From IMG/VR virus record IMGVR_UViG_3300045988_068683: a DNA stretch of 32,691 nucleotides; one strand, 5' to 3'. Under the pieces are notes generated by a model. That model was not told where the DNA came from, did no database searches, and saw only the letters and a list, made by a program, of their open reading frames with translations. Both the position numbers and the translations under genes were made by a program. Shown here piece by piece: positions 7,298-15,170 of the stretch (positions within the stretch are counted from its first letter, which is position 1; every line of letters starts with the position of its first letter). The DNA is from a virus.

Positions 7298-8519
7298 CGA
7301 GGGTTTTCCTTCCTTCTATCACGTCCATGACCTTGCGGTTCCATGGCGTGTCCGGTACGAGTATGCGCTGCCGTCCTTGATATGGACTGCCGCGTCGCAC
7401 CAGCCGTCTGTTGGCCTGCTCCCAGTCGGCGTATGTCCACGGGAGGTCGAGCCATATCTGGTCTTTTATGAGATGCTGTAGGCCATCCACGCCGGTGCCC
7501 ATGGATTGCGGATTGGCGACGATGAGCCGGTATCCTGCCCGTTCTTGGTCGGTCATGGCGAGGAATGTCTTCGCGTCCGTGCATGGCGTCCAAGTCCGGT
7601 AGATTTCGTCTCTTACCGCTTTGAACCGCGTCCATACGAGCAGTGGCGTGGGGTCTTCGCGTCTCTTGGCTTCATCGTATACCGTTTTGATTTTGGACAC
7701 GCCGAACCAGTAGGATTCTGCCCGGTCTTCGGTCTTGTAGGCGAAACCATCGTCGAGTTGGGCGAGTTTGACGGCTGCGGCGCTCGCGCTTGCCGCGTAC
7801 ACGTCTTCGGCCAATTGGTGGGTGTTCGTCCACTGTTCGAGCGCCATGTCTTCCTGTTCGGTTTTCGGTGACGGGAGCCATTCGACTTGTGGCAGCGGGT
7901 TGCCGCCGCGTCGGATGTCCAACACGAGCTTCTGTAGTTGTCGGCACGCTTCGGCGACCATGGGCTTGGAGTACGTGTATTTGACCACTGTACGCCCTTG
8001 CACGCTCATCGTGTATGGTTTACCGTATCGCGTCCTGAAAGCCCCTAGAGTGCGCCAAGAATCGCCCAACAGGGCCGTCCTGTCCTTGGCGCGCGGATAC
8101 ATGACCACGGTCTGACCGTACAGGTCTTCCAAATCCTTCGGAGCGGGCGTGCCGGTCAGCATCAGCACGTCCTTGGCAAGGTCGCTGATGCCCTTCACGA
8201 CTTTGGAACGTCCACTCCTAGGATTCTTCACCATATGGCTTTCATCCACGATGAGACTGAAACCGTCCGGCACCTCACCCAGCTTAGCGGCCATATTGTA
8301 AGACACCACGAGGAAACGATGGTCTTCCAGCCAACCATGCTTGCGGTAGTCTTCGATGGTCAAAGCCTTGCCGTGAGACCATTGGCTGATTTGCGGAAGC
8401 CACGCGGTCTTCACGACGCTTGCCGGACAGATGACGAGAATATGCTCCGCATCGTCCAGCAGGTCCATGCTGCGCTTCGTCTTTCCCGTTCCTGCCTCGT
8501 CGAAGATGAAAGCCCTCAC
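7266..8519 (-). CDS. SNF2-family DNA helicase/translocase
   Basis: DEAGTGKTK (Walker A), LIVDESH (motif II), LMLTGTP, and C-terminal helicase motifs (QSMGTGVDGLQ, QANRRLVR). Preferred start is GTG 8519, in a GTGA overlap with a GAAGGAAA RBS. The track extends to 8549. Confidence 0.8.
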   Translation of the reverse strand: MRAFIFDEAGTGKTKRSMDLLDDAEHILVICPASVVKTAWLPQISQWSHGKALTIEDYRKHGWLEDHRFLVVSYNMAAKLGEVPDGFSLIVDESHMVKNPRSGRSKVVKGISDLAKDVLMLTGTPAPKDLEDLYGQTVVMYPRAKDRTALLGDSWRTLGAFRTRYGKPYTMSVQGRTVVKYTYSKPMVAEACRQLQKLVLDIRRGGNPLPQVEWLPSPKTEQEDMALEQWTNTHQLAEDVYAASASAAAVKLAQLDDGFAYKTEDRAESYWFGVSKIKTVYDEAKRREDPTPLLVWTRFKAVRDEIYRTWTPCTDAKTFLAMTDQERAGYRLIVANPQSMGTGVDGLQHLIKDQIWLDLPWTYADWEQANRRLVRRGSPYQGRQRILVPDTPWNRKVMDVIEGRKTLDDIIKEKQLG

Positions 8520-8896
8520 TGTGTTTCCTTCCCGTGTTCGGCCTCCCATGCGGCTATGCGCTCGCGTCCTTCGGGCGTTTCACGCCATCTGCGCCAAGTC
8601 TGATAGCATACGCCATGTTCGGCCTTGAATTTCTCCTGCCATTTGCGGCATGCGTCCCGGCTTTCCTCTCGATGCTGTCGCCGGTATCGCACCCAATAGT
8701 CGAGCATCTTCTCGTGGTTCTCGTTCATCCACTTCTTTTTGAGCTTCCGCTTATGCTCCACCTTTTCCGGCGCCATATCCTCGTATCGGGTGATGGTCTT
8801 CTTTTTCTTGGCGGGTGGCATGGGCTTGGGCTGGCGCATCTGCTCGATGTCGGCCCAAGCGTCGCCGTCAAGCCATTCGGATACGCTACTTTTCAT
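8516..8896 (-). CDS. Hypothetical basic, Trp-rich protein
   Basis: Track ORF 8516..8977. Preferred start is ATG 8896 (MKSSVSEWLDG...), which overlaps the upstream small gene. Confidence 0.45.
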   Translation of the reverse strand: MKSSVSEWLDGDAWADIEQMRQPKPMPPAKKKKTITRYEDMAPEKVEHKRKLKKKWMNENHEKMLDYWVRYRRQHREESRDACRKWQEKFKAEHGVCYQTWRRWRETPEGRERIAAWEAEHGKETQ

Positions 8897-9032
8897 CGTG
8901 GTGTCCCGAATGGTTGATGGCGTCGATGATGCCTTTGACCACACCGATGAGGATAAGGATGACCGCCGTGATTCCAAGCACGGACAGGATGATGACGAGC
9001 AGGTACAGGCAGTTCATCATGAACTCATGCAT
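8886..9032 (-). CDS. Small single-pass membrane protein (48 aa)
   Basis: Below the track cutoff. GAAGGAG precedes ATG 9032. Translation is MHEFMMNCLYLLVIILSVLGITAVILILIGVVKGIIDAINHSGHHDEK. Confidence 0.45.
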   Translation of the reverse strand: MHEFMMNCLYLLVIILSVLGITAVILILIGVVKGIIDAINHSGHHDEK

Positions 9033-9930
9033 TTTTCTTCTCCTTCACCACGCTGAGACGCGTGGTCTTTGATGTTTTCTGGAATGGGGTCAGGTCGGCT
9101 GGATGCTTGGTGAAATACGCTTTGTAGTCGGTGGTGGTGCGCGTGGTTTCCGCCAGTCTTGCGACGTGTCCGGCGCATGACACTCGTTCGCCGGGGTGTT
9201 CGTCCAGCCATGTGGCGAGCTTTTCCTTCAGCGCCTCGTACCGGTCTTTCGCTTCCAACAGTTCGGCCAACAGTTGCCGTCCGCCATTGTCGGCTGGATG
9301 TTCCGCACGCTCGTATTCCGCCGCATGCTTCTCCAATGCGCCAACGTCCATCACGTCGGGGACGATTACGATGTCGAGTGTTTCCTTGATTCGCTTGGTG
9401 ATGTGGTCGGCGTTCAGCGTCTCCCATGACGGGGGGCGTTGCGCGTAGATGATTTCCGCATAATCCGTGTCCATCATGCGGGCCTCTATCTGAGCTTGGG
9501 CCGCATATTGGCCGCGCTGTTCCGTGGAGAGGAACGCATAGGATGGTTTGCTGCCCGTCTTCACTTCGACGGTGTGCAGGAGGCCACCATGGTCGCGGTA
9601 TGCGGCGTCCAATGAGACGTGCAGGCGTCCGTCGGTGTAGAAGCTGTTGTCATACCATGCGAGCTGTCCGTTCTCCAGTTTTTCGACGGGCGTGTTCTTG
9701 GCGACGATGGCGAGTTGCAGGTGTTCCGCATACAGTTTGACGAGCATTGGTTCCCAGATGCTGCCGAACTGCAATGCCGACTGTACGGCGGGAACGTCGG
9801 GCGGGGGTGATGGCAGTTGTCCGGTGGCGATGAAATGCGCGAGACTGGACGCGCCTATCGTTTTCTCGCGGGCTTTAAGCCATGCCTCGCGGTCTTTGAA
9901 GACGCGGTATGTCAGATTTTTTTCGTCCAT
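9025..9930 (-). CDS. YqaJ/lambda-Exo-type recombination exonuclease (PD-(D/E)xK)
   Basis: 301 aa. IGASSLAHF near the N-terminus, then SLDAAY...VEVKTG, matches the YqaJ viral recombinase pattern. Confidence 0.65.
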   Translation of the reverse strand: MDEKNLTYRVFKDREAWLKAREKTIGASSLAHFIATGQLPSPPPDVPAVQSALQFGSIWEPMLVKLYAEHLQLAIVAKNTPVEKLENGQLAWYDNSFYTDGRLHVSLDAAYRDHGGLLHTVEVKTGSKPSYAFLSTEQRGQYAAQAQIEARMMDTDYAEIIYAQRPPSWETLNADHITKRIKETLDIVIVPDVMDVGALEKHAAEYERAEHPADNGGRQLLAELLEAKDRYEALKEKLATWLDEHPGERVSCAGHVARLAETTRTTTDYKAYFTKHPADLTPFQKTSKTTRLSVVKEKKNA

Positions 9931-10295
9931 TTCATTTTTCCTTCCGAATCGACGATGAGGATGTCGTGGTACATGTTCGTCAAGTCAACCCAGTTCCGGT
10001 AGAACAGCACGGTGTCCACGGCTTTCTTGCCGTATAGGAGCATGACGTTCGCGTTATGTTCGGCGAGCGTTTTGAGTTCGCGGCATTGGTCTGGGCTTGG
10101 CTTGCCTACCGTGCGTTTCAGTTCGATGAACCATACGTTGCCGAGCGTGTCTACGGCGGTCACGTCTGGGAATCCGTTGCGTGAGCGTCCTTCGGTTTTC
10201 TGCACGTACCATCCTTGCTGTTCCAAGACTTTGATGAGACGGTTTTGGATGGTTGACTCCAATGGTTCCGGCTTGTGGTTATTCAGTTTCGGCAT
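9912..10295 (-). CDS. VRR-NUC domain nuclease
   Basis: ESTIQNRLIKVLEQQGWYV...GFPDVTAV...FIELKRTVGKPSPDQ is the VRR-NUC PD-ExK pattern. Confidence 0.7.
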   Translation of the reverse strand: MPKLNNHKPEPLESTIQNRLIKVLEQQGWYVQKTEGRSRNGFPDVTAVDTLGNVWFIELKRTVGKPSPDQCRELKTLAEHNANVMLLYGKKAVDTVLFYRNWVDLTNMYHDILIVDSEGKMKWTKKI

Positions 10296-10557
10296 TGGCG
10301 TCCTCCTTGACTCTGACGGCGCTGACCCAGACGGAGTATGTGCCGTCCGCCTTTCGGCGTGTGACGGCAGCGTAGTCGACGTTTGGTTCCGTCCATGCGA
10401 CGCGGTGTTTGCGGATATGGCAGGCGATGGCGTTCGCGGTGGTGCGTTTCTCGTATGAACGGTATTCCGTCCATCTGCCTAGGTTGCGTTTGAGCATCGT
10501 GTTGAACACGGTGGATGCCAGAATGCTGGCGGGGGGGGTGTCTAGGAATTTCGTCAT
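10279..10557 (-). CDS. Hypothetical protein
   Basis: 92-aa ORF overlapping both neighbours. It carries a G8/C8 homopolymer at codons 7-9 (10531-10538). Confidence 0.45.
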   Translation of the reverse strand: MTKFLDTPPASILASTVFNTMLKRNLGRWTEYRSYEKRTTANAIACHIRKHRVAWTEPNVDYAAVTRRKADGTYSVWVSAVRVKEDANAETE

Positions 10558-10751
10558 TTGTTGTCCTTCGGTTTGAAATATGCTGGCATGATTGATTTCG
10601 GCAGGATTCTGCCTTCGCGCTCCAACCGTTTCGCGTGCGGGAACAGCCAGCCGCGGGACACTCCAAGTGCCTTCGCGGCTTGGCTGATATTCATGCAGGT
10701 GGTGAGCGCGTCAATCAGTGTATCGTCACTGTAGTGGATTGGCGCGTTCAT
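10554..10751 (-). CDS. Small helix-turn-helix DNA-binding protein
   Basis: Preferred start is ATG 10751, because the track start at 10793 would overlap the SSB gene. MNISQAAKALGVSRGWL is HTH-like. Confidence 0.5.
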   Translation of the reverse strand: MNAPIHYSDDTLIDALTTCMNISQAAKALGVSRGWLFPHAKRLEREGRILPKSIMPAYFKPKDNK

Positions 10752-10758
10752 GGGTTGA

Positions 10759-11298
10759 CTAGAATTCCGGTTCCGGCTCTTCGGCACCCTCATCGTCGAT
10801 GGTCAGCTGCGTGTACACACCGAACTTGTGGGGGGCGGGGGTGTTGTTCTTTTCGACTCGCAGCAGCTGCACGCCGGTCAGGAAGTATGTGAGCTTGCCT
10901 TCCTTCGTGTTGCCGATTTTGAACGCCACGTTGGCGAGTGTGCCATCGCCCGGCTCTTCGGTCAGTTCCACGTCGTTGGCGTTCTGGTCAACGATGCTGG
11001 GCTTCCACTTGGACGAAAGGTTGACGAGCCACTTGCCGCGTTGCGGCTGGGTTCCATCCTTGAGGGTGATTAAATCGCCGTCCTTGTAGCGCAGGTTGTC
11101 GCCATTGGCGCGCACGCCCAACTGTTTGGCGGATGCGACGAGTTCCTTATGCACGTCACCGTTCTTCGGGAAAGCGAGCTGCAATTGGTAGTTCGGTTCG
11201 ATGCCGCGCTGTTTCGCCGCGTCGGACTGATACTTGTCCTTGATGTGAACGAATCGGATTTCGCCCACCGCTTCGATTTCGAGCATGTTGTTTGCCAT
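10759..11298 (-). CDS. Phage single-stranded DNA-binding protein (T7 gp2.5-like / DUF2815-like)
   Basis: 179 aa. It has an acidic C-terminal tail ending in an aromatic residue (DDEGAEEPEPEF) and lies next to the annealase. Confidence 0.6.
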   Translation of the reverse strand: MANNMLEIEAVGEIRFVHIKDKYQSDAAKQRGIEPNYQLQLAFPKNGDVHKELVASAKQLGVRANGDNLRYKDGDLITLKDGTQPQRGKWLVNLSSKWKPSIVDQNANDVELTEEPGDGTLANVAFKIGNTKEGKLTYFLTGVQLLRVEKNNTPAPHKFGVYTQLTIDDEGAEEPEPEF

Positions 11299-11312
11299 TT
11301 TGTTTTTTCCTT

Positions 11313-11786
11313 TCAGTTGAATTCTTCTGTGAGGGAGGGGCGTGGGAGGGGGGCGGCTGTCTTGCCGTCATCATCCATCACGGTTGTGAGTCCAAGCAGA
11401 TGGATTAGACCATAACGCCGATAGTATGTTTCGAAGCTGCCCACCTGCTGGGCCGCGGCCGCTGGATACGTGTAGCTGCTGCTGACCGCTTCGCCTTGCT
11501 TAACCATGTCCATGAGGTTTTCGCCCTCATGCGTGGCTTCGTAGACGGCGATTGTGAGCGTGTTGTACACGGTTGGCATGTCAGTGTCGGCGCCGACTAT
11601 CTCGCTTGAGCAGACGGCTGTCCAGCCTAGGCCATGTTCTTCCATGCTGCTCTTGACAAGCTGCCAAACGTCAACCAGCGTGGCGTACTTGTAGCCGTAC
11701 CCCTCAGTCGTGCGCTTCACCGCTTCCACGGACTGCTGCACTTCCGCGATTCTGCTGAACACGTCGTGCCGTTTATCGTTCGCCAT
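11313..11786 (-). CDS. ERF-family single-strand annealing protein
   Basis: GYGYKYATLVDVWQLVKSSMEEHGL and YYRRYGLIHLLGL resemble ERF motifs. Confidence 0.6.
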   Translation of the reverse strand: MANDKRHDVFSRIAEVQQSVEAVKRTTEGYGYKYATLVDVWQLVKSSMEEHGLGWTAVCSSEIVGADTDMPTVYNTLTIAVYEATHEGENLMDMVKQGEAVSSSYTYPAAAAQQVGSFETYYRRYGLIHLLGLTTVMDDDGKTAAPLPRPSLTEEFN

Positions 11787-12159
11787 TATTGTTCCTCCTT
11801 TTTTCGAGTTCGTTTTCGATAAGCGTTTCGTCTATCGCAAGCCTATACGCGCGTTCCACAATATCATCGAAGTCGCACTGGGTGTGGGGGGTGTGTTCGT
11901 TGATTGCGTATCGGGCTATGGTGGCAAGGTTCTTGCCGTCCGGGTTCGCCTTATACGCGTCGATGCGGCTCTGCCACACGTCGTGTCGCCCTTGCAGCCA
12001 TGCCTCAAGCGCTTTCTGATAGTCCTTTGCCGCGAACGGGATTGCCAAGTCGTATACGATTATGGCGGTTATCACGTCAACCCCGGCTTCAAGCGCCCTG
12101 TCGGGCAGCATGGTTAGGAATGTTTCGACTCTGGCGGGAAAGTATTCCGAAGGCTTCAT
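11773..12159 (-). CDS. Hypothetical protein, first gene of the middle operon
   Basis: 128-aa ORF with a GAGGT RBS. It is preceded by the extended -10 element at 12192-12200. Confidence 0.5.
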   Translation of the reverse strand: MKPSEYFPARVETFLTMLPDRALEAGVDVITAIIVYDLAIPFAAKDYQKALEAWLQGRHDVWQSRIDAYKANPDGKNLATIARYAINEHTPHTQCDFDDIVERAYRLAIDETLIENELEKRRNNNGER

Positions 12160-12191
12160 TGTTTTACCTCATTTCTTTGATTTCATTGTTT

Positions 12192-12222
12192 ATTATATCA
12201 GGGCGTGCCTTGCGACACGCCC
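12192..12222 (-). promoter_or_regulatory. Extended -10 promoter (TGATATAAT) directly after a GC hairpin
   Basis: The minus strand reads gggcgtg-tcgcaagg-cacgccc then TGATATAAT (plus 12192-12200), about 32 nt before ATG 12159. The hairpin contains the CGACACGCC box. Confidence 0.5.
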
Positions 12223-12229
12223 GAAAAAT

Positions 12230-12727
12230 TCATTTCCAATACATGTTGGACACCCATACGCCACGGGAGAGTTCAATCGGCTCGCCCTCAAGCCACTTGA
12301 GACAGCCGTGGGGGGTTATAAGCGCGACATACCCTTGCCCGTCGAACACTGAATTGTTGTATCCGCTCTCAATCCACGCGTCAACCATGTTGCGGGAGTC
12401 GGACGCGTACGGGCCGACTTCGTACTTCCACGCGATACCGTTGTGCGCCACATAGCCCCTATCCGTGTGGAATGGGTGGCAGTTGCGCGGCTCTACCGCG
12501 CCATGCGTGGCGAGACGGAAGTGAATCAGGCACGGGGCGTCACGCAACTGCTGCCAATGGCTGTAGACGAAGCCAACCACTTTCAGCGGGTCAACGTTCT
12601 TGAAGACCCTCAGGCGCTCGCCATCCCACCAACTGACACCGCCCCCGTCCGGGTTGGCCTCACTCATGGCTAGGATGTCCTCAGGCTCAGGCATGGAGCC
12701 GGGTACTGCTGTCGCAATCACACACAT
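12230..12727 (-). CDS. Stand-alone class-II (Ntn) glutamine amidotransferase domain protein
   Basis: Met-Cys N-terminus (MCVIAT), HFRLATHG and NCHPF. 165 aa. Confidence 0.7.
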   Translation of the reverse strand: MCVIATAVPGSMPEPEDILAMSEANPDGGGVSWWDGERLRVFKNVDPLKVVGFVYSHWQQLRDAPCLIHFRLATHGAVEPRNCHPFHTDRGYVAHNGIAWKYEVGPYASDSRNMVDAWIESGYNNSVFDGQGYVALITPHGCLKWLEGEPIELSRGVWVSNMYWK

Positions 12728-12748
12728 TTTATTATTCTTCCTTAATGG

Positions 12749-12773
12749 CGGGGGCGGGACGTTCCCGCCCCCG
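12749..12773 (-). promoter_or_regulatory. GC-rich intercistronic hairpin (11-bp stem, no U-tract)
   Basis: cgggggcggga (12749-12759) pairs with tcccgcccccg (12763-12773). It lies between the amidoligase stop and the GATase RBS. Confidence 0.6.
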
Positions 12774-12784
12774 AAGATTGGTTG

Positions 12785-14422
12785 TCAGGCGTTGCCCCGC
12801 GTGGCTGCGATATGCTTGCGGATACGCACGTAACGTTCGGACAGTTCGGGGCGTCCCGCACGCTTGAGCATGCGCAACGCGGTGCGTTCCAGCGGTTCGG
12901 CCACCGGCTTGCCGTGGGACGCGCGTGCGATACGGCTGCGAACAATGTTCGCGGCCACGCGCTGGGCGGTGTCGCCATGTCGGCCGACGTACTCGAACCC
13001 GTTCCAAATGTTGTCGCCACTGTGCGCGTGGTACAAGTGGAAGAAGTCAAGAATCGGGGACTTGTCGCCCGCCTCAACCATAGCCGTAGCCATCTGCACG
13101 TAGCGGTGCAGCGGCCGCAGATTACGGGACGGGAGCGCGTAGCAGAGTTCGGGGGCCAGCAGGCGTTCCTCGACGCGCTTGCGGCCACGCTCACGGCGCT
13201 CCTCATGCCTGCGGTATTCGGTGGCAGCGGGGAGCGTGTCGCCATGACCACGACGCGCCTTGCGGGACGCCTTCACGTTGAACACGACACGACGGCGGAT
13301 TTCGTCCGCGCGTTCCTTACGCTCACATTCCTCTTGCATCTTCATGGCGGCCTTGACACGACGTGCCGCGTCGAGCCGTTCGGCGAGCGTGCGACGGGGC
13401 GCGTCGAGCACGTTATCGGCCATGCACGAAGAGTACTGTTCGATGAGAGCAGCCGTCACCGTGCCGCGGGGGTGCCTTTCGAAGAAGCGCCACATGGCGC
13501 GCACCCACTTGACGGCCGGGATAAGCTTATGGGCGCTGCCCGCATACCAACAGTCGAACGTACGCAGCTCGATAGTGTCCGCATGCTCGTCGTTGACGGC
13601 AGTGTGCTTGCCCGTGTACTCGCCATGAGTGAGGGAGCACCAATAATCATCGTCAACGTGGCGCATGTTGAGCAGACTGCACTGGGACGCGCTCAGCCCG
13701 TGCAGCGCCCAATACCACCGGCTAGCGCATTGGTTGCCCGTGCGGGCCACGTGGATATGCCCGCCCGCGTTCTCGCCGTATTCCGGGATGCCCTCGACGA
13801 TACGCTTCAAGGCGGGCAGTTTGGACATGTCGAGGATATTGGACTGCAATTCCGCCCCGTTGTGTTCTAGCGACGGGTCCTTGTCCCAACCGGCAATGAC
13901 GGCAGAGTCCGCGACTGCTTCCACGAAATCATCGGACAAGTCGGACTCAAGTTCAATCTCGACGCCGAAAGTGAATTGATTGCCGTCACCGAACGCGTAC
14001 GGGTAGATATAAGAGGGTTCCTTGCCGTTCATGAACGCTTCAGCGTCACGGTGGCGCGGGCAATAGTAGCCGTCGTACATGCCGCCCCTGCAGTGCTCGC
14101 ACAGCACGGCACAGCAATCGTAGACGTCACACGAATAGTACTCGCCACTGTCCGGGTCAATCGGCGTGCCGCATTGCGCGCACCAATAGTCCTCGTCTTC
14201 GAAGTCCCTCGCGTTGCTCACGCGTCGCATTCCGTCGCCGTTGGCGAAACACACGTACAGCTCGTCGCCGATTGCCACGCATTGCGTGTCACCTTCCGGC
14301 CACTGGGCGCGATACGCCTTGAAGAGGCGTTGCGCTTTGCCGTCGCGTTCAATCCAGTCGGCGTACGGTTCACCGCCCATGATTGCGATTCTGTCAGCCA
14401 TTGTTACCACTACTCCCTTCAT
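12785..14422 (-). CDS. GS/GCS2-like amidoligase (Amidoligase_2-type) with a Cys-rich N-terminal region and a long basic C-terminal extension
   Basis: FGVEIELES, HNGAELQS, GGHIHV and TIELRTF form the core. The N-terminal part has CAQCGTP...CCAVLCEHC...YYCPRH. An alternative start is ATG 14401 (MADRIAIMGG). Confidence 0.7.
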   Translation of the reverse strand: MKGVVVTMADRIAIMGGEPYADWIERDGKAQRLFKAYRAQWPEGDTQCVAIGDELYVCFANGDGMRRVSNARDFEDEDYWCAQCGTPIDPDSGEYYSCDVYDCCAVLCEHCRGGMYDGYYCPRHRDAEAFMNGKEPSYIYPYAFGDGNQFTFGVEIELESDLSDDFVEAVADSAVIAGWDKDPSLEHNGAELQSNILDMSKLPALKRIVEGIPEYGENAGGHIHVARTGNQCASRWYWALHGLSASQCSLLNMRHVDDDYWCSLTHGEYTGKHTAVNDEHADTIELRTFDCWYAGSAHKLIPAVKWVRAMWRFFERHPRGTVTAALIEQYSSCMADNVLDAPRRTLAERLDAARRVKAAMKMQEECERKERADEIRRRVVFNVKASRKARRGHGDTLPAATEYRRHEERRERGRKRVEERLLAPELCYALPSRNLRPLHRYVQMATAMVEAGDKSPILDFFHLYHAHSGDNIWNGFEYVGRHGDTAQRVAANIVRSRIARASHGKPVAEPLERTALRMLKRAGRPELSERYVRIRKHIAATRGNA

Positions 14423-14442
14423 AGAATGGCCGATATGTTTTC

Positions 14443-14475
14443 GTGCCCTTGCGGGACTCGAACCCGCATGTGTGC
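14443..14475 (-). other. tRNA 3'-half-like element (T-arm plus acceptor 3' strand). Not a complete tRNA.
   Basis: The minus strand reads gcggg-TTCGAGT-cccgc-aagggca-c, a canonical T-stem/T-loop. No D-arm or anticodon arm can be built upstream. Confidence 0.4.
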
Positions 14476-14491
14476 CGCTAGGGCTGGGCAG

Positions 14492-14713
14492 TCAGGCGGT
14501 GAAAGCGTCGATTACCCTTAGTGTTTCCGCGTCCGTCGTGCCCTCACGTGTTATGGCGGTCATGGTTGGCGTGCTGACATATACGATGTAGTCGGCGAGC
14601 AGTACGTACCGTACCGTGTAGACGCCTTTGGTTGCGGTGATGTTGCCGTTGCGGCTGTACTTCAGTTCGTACCCGCGTTCGGTCATGTTGTTGATGAACG
14701 TTTCCTTTTTCAT
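14492..14713 (-). CDS. Early protein, 73 aa, unknown function
   Basis: AAGGAGG RBS within the conserved leader caaccaaggaggtacgaaATG. It has its own promoter (P1). Confidence 0.6.
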   Translation of the reverse strand: MKKETFINNMTERGYELKYSRNGNITATKGVYTVRYVLLADYIVYVSTPTMTAITREGTTDAETLRVIDAFTA

Positions 14714-14739
14714 TTCGTACCTCCTTGGTTGATACTTTC

Positions 14740-14780
14740 AGTATACCACTCTGTATACTGTTGCCAATGTCGGCGTGTCG
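14740..14780 (-). promoter_or_regulatory. Early promoter P1 with upstream CGACACGCC box
   Basis: The minus strand reads CGACACGCC (14772-14780), TTGGCA (14762-14767), 16 nt, TATACT (14740-14745). The palindrome agtatac-N6-gtatact overlaps the -10. Confidence 0.55.
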
Positions 14781-14782
14781 CG

Positions 14783-15142
14783 TCACAGCTCCTTGAGCGT
14801 GTACACCTTGCGCCATGCCGTCTCAGCGCCTTCAATCGGGTTGCCGTCCTTGATGGCCTTGCGCAGCCACGGCAGCGTGATGCCGCGGAACGTATCGTCG
14901 GTCTGGGCCAAGAACTCCTTGACGTGCCGCAACGTCGTGGCGCTCAGATACCGCACGGCAATACGGACTTCATAGACTTCGGTGTCCGCGTCCGGTTCGC
15001 TGACCCGCTCGACGGCGGCAACCTCTGTGCCGTACGACTTGAGTACGAGTTGCGTGCTGTAGCGTTCAACGAACGCCTTGCCGTAGAACGATTGGTGCGA
15101 GTCGTACAGCGGCTGCAATTCGAACATTCCAAGATACTTCAT
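14783..15142 (-). CDS. Early protein, 119 aa, unknown function
   Basis: Preferred start is ATG 15142 (MKYLGMFELQPLYDSHQSFYGKAF...) after AAAGGAG. The track start at 15199 would run through promoter P2. Confidence 0.6.
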   Translation of the reverse strand: MKYLGMFELQPLYDSHQSFYGKAFVERYSTQLVLKSYGTEVAAVERVSEPDADTEVYEVRIAVRYLSATTLRHVKEFLAQTDDTFRGITLPWLRKAIKDGNPIEGAETAWRKVYTLKEL

Positions 15143-15170
15143 TTTAATCACTCCTTTGGTTGATGCTTTT

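Noticed and set aside
11333-11353. G-quadruplex motif GGGAGGGGCGTGGGAGGGGGG on the template strand at the 3' end of the ERF gene
   Set aside because: It is a single occurrence in a G-rich genome, lies inside coding sequence and has no positional logic. It is not distinguishable from chance.
14423-14530. Complete tRNA gene on the minus strand
   Set aside because: Only the T-arm and acceptor 3' strand are present. I could not form an anticodon stem or D-arm with any variable-loop length, and the region upstream is the 3' end of a protein gene.
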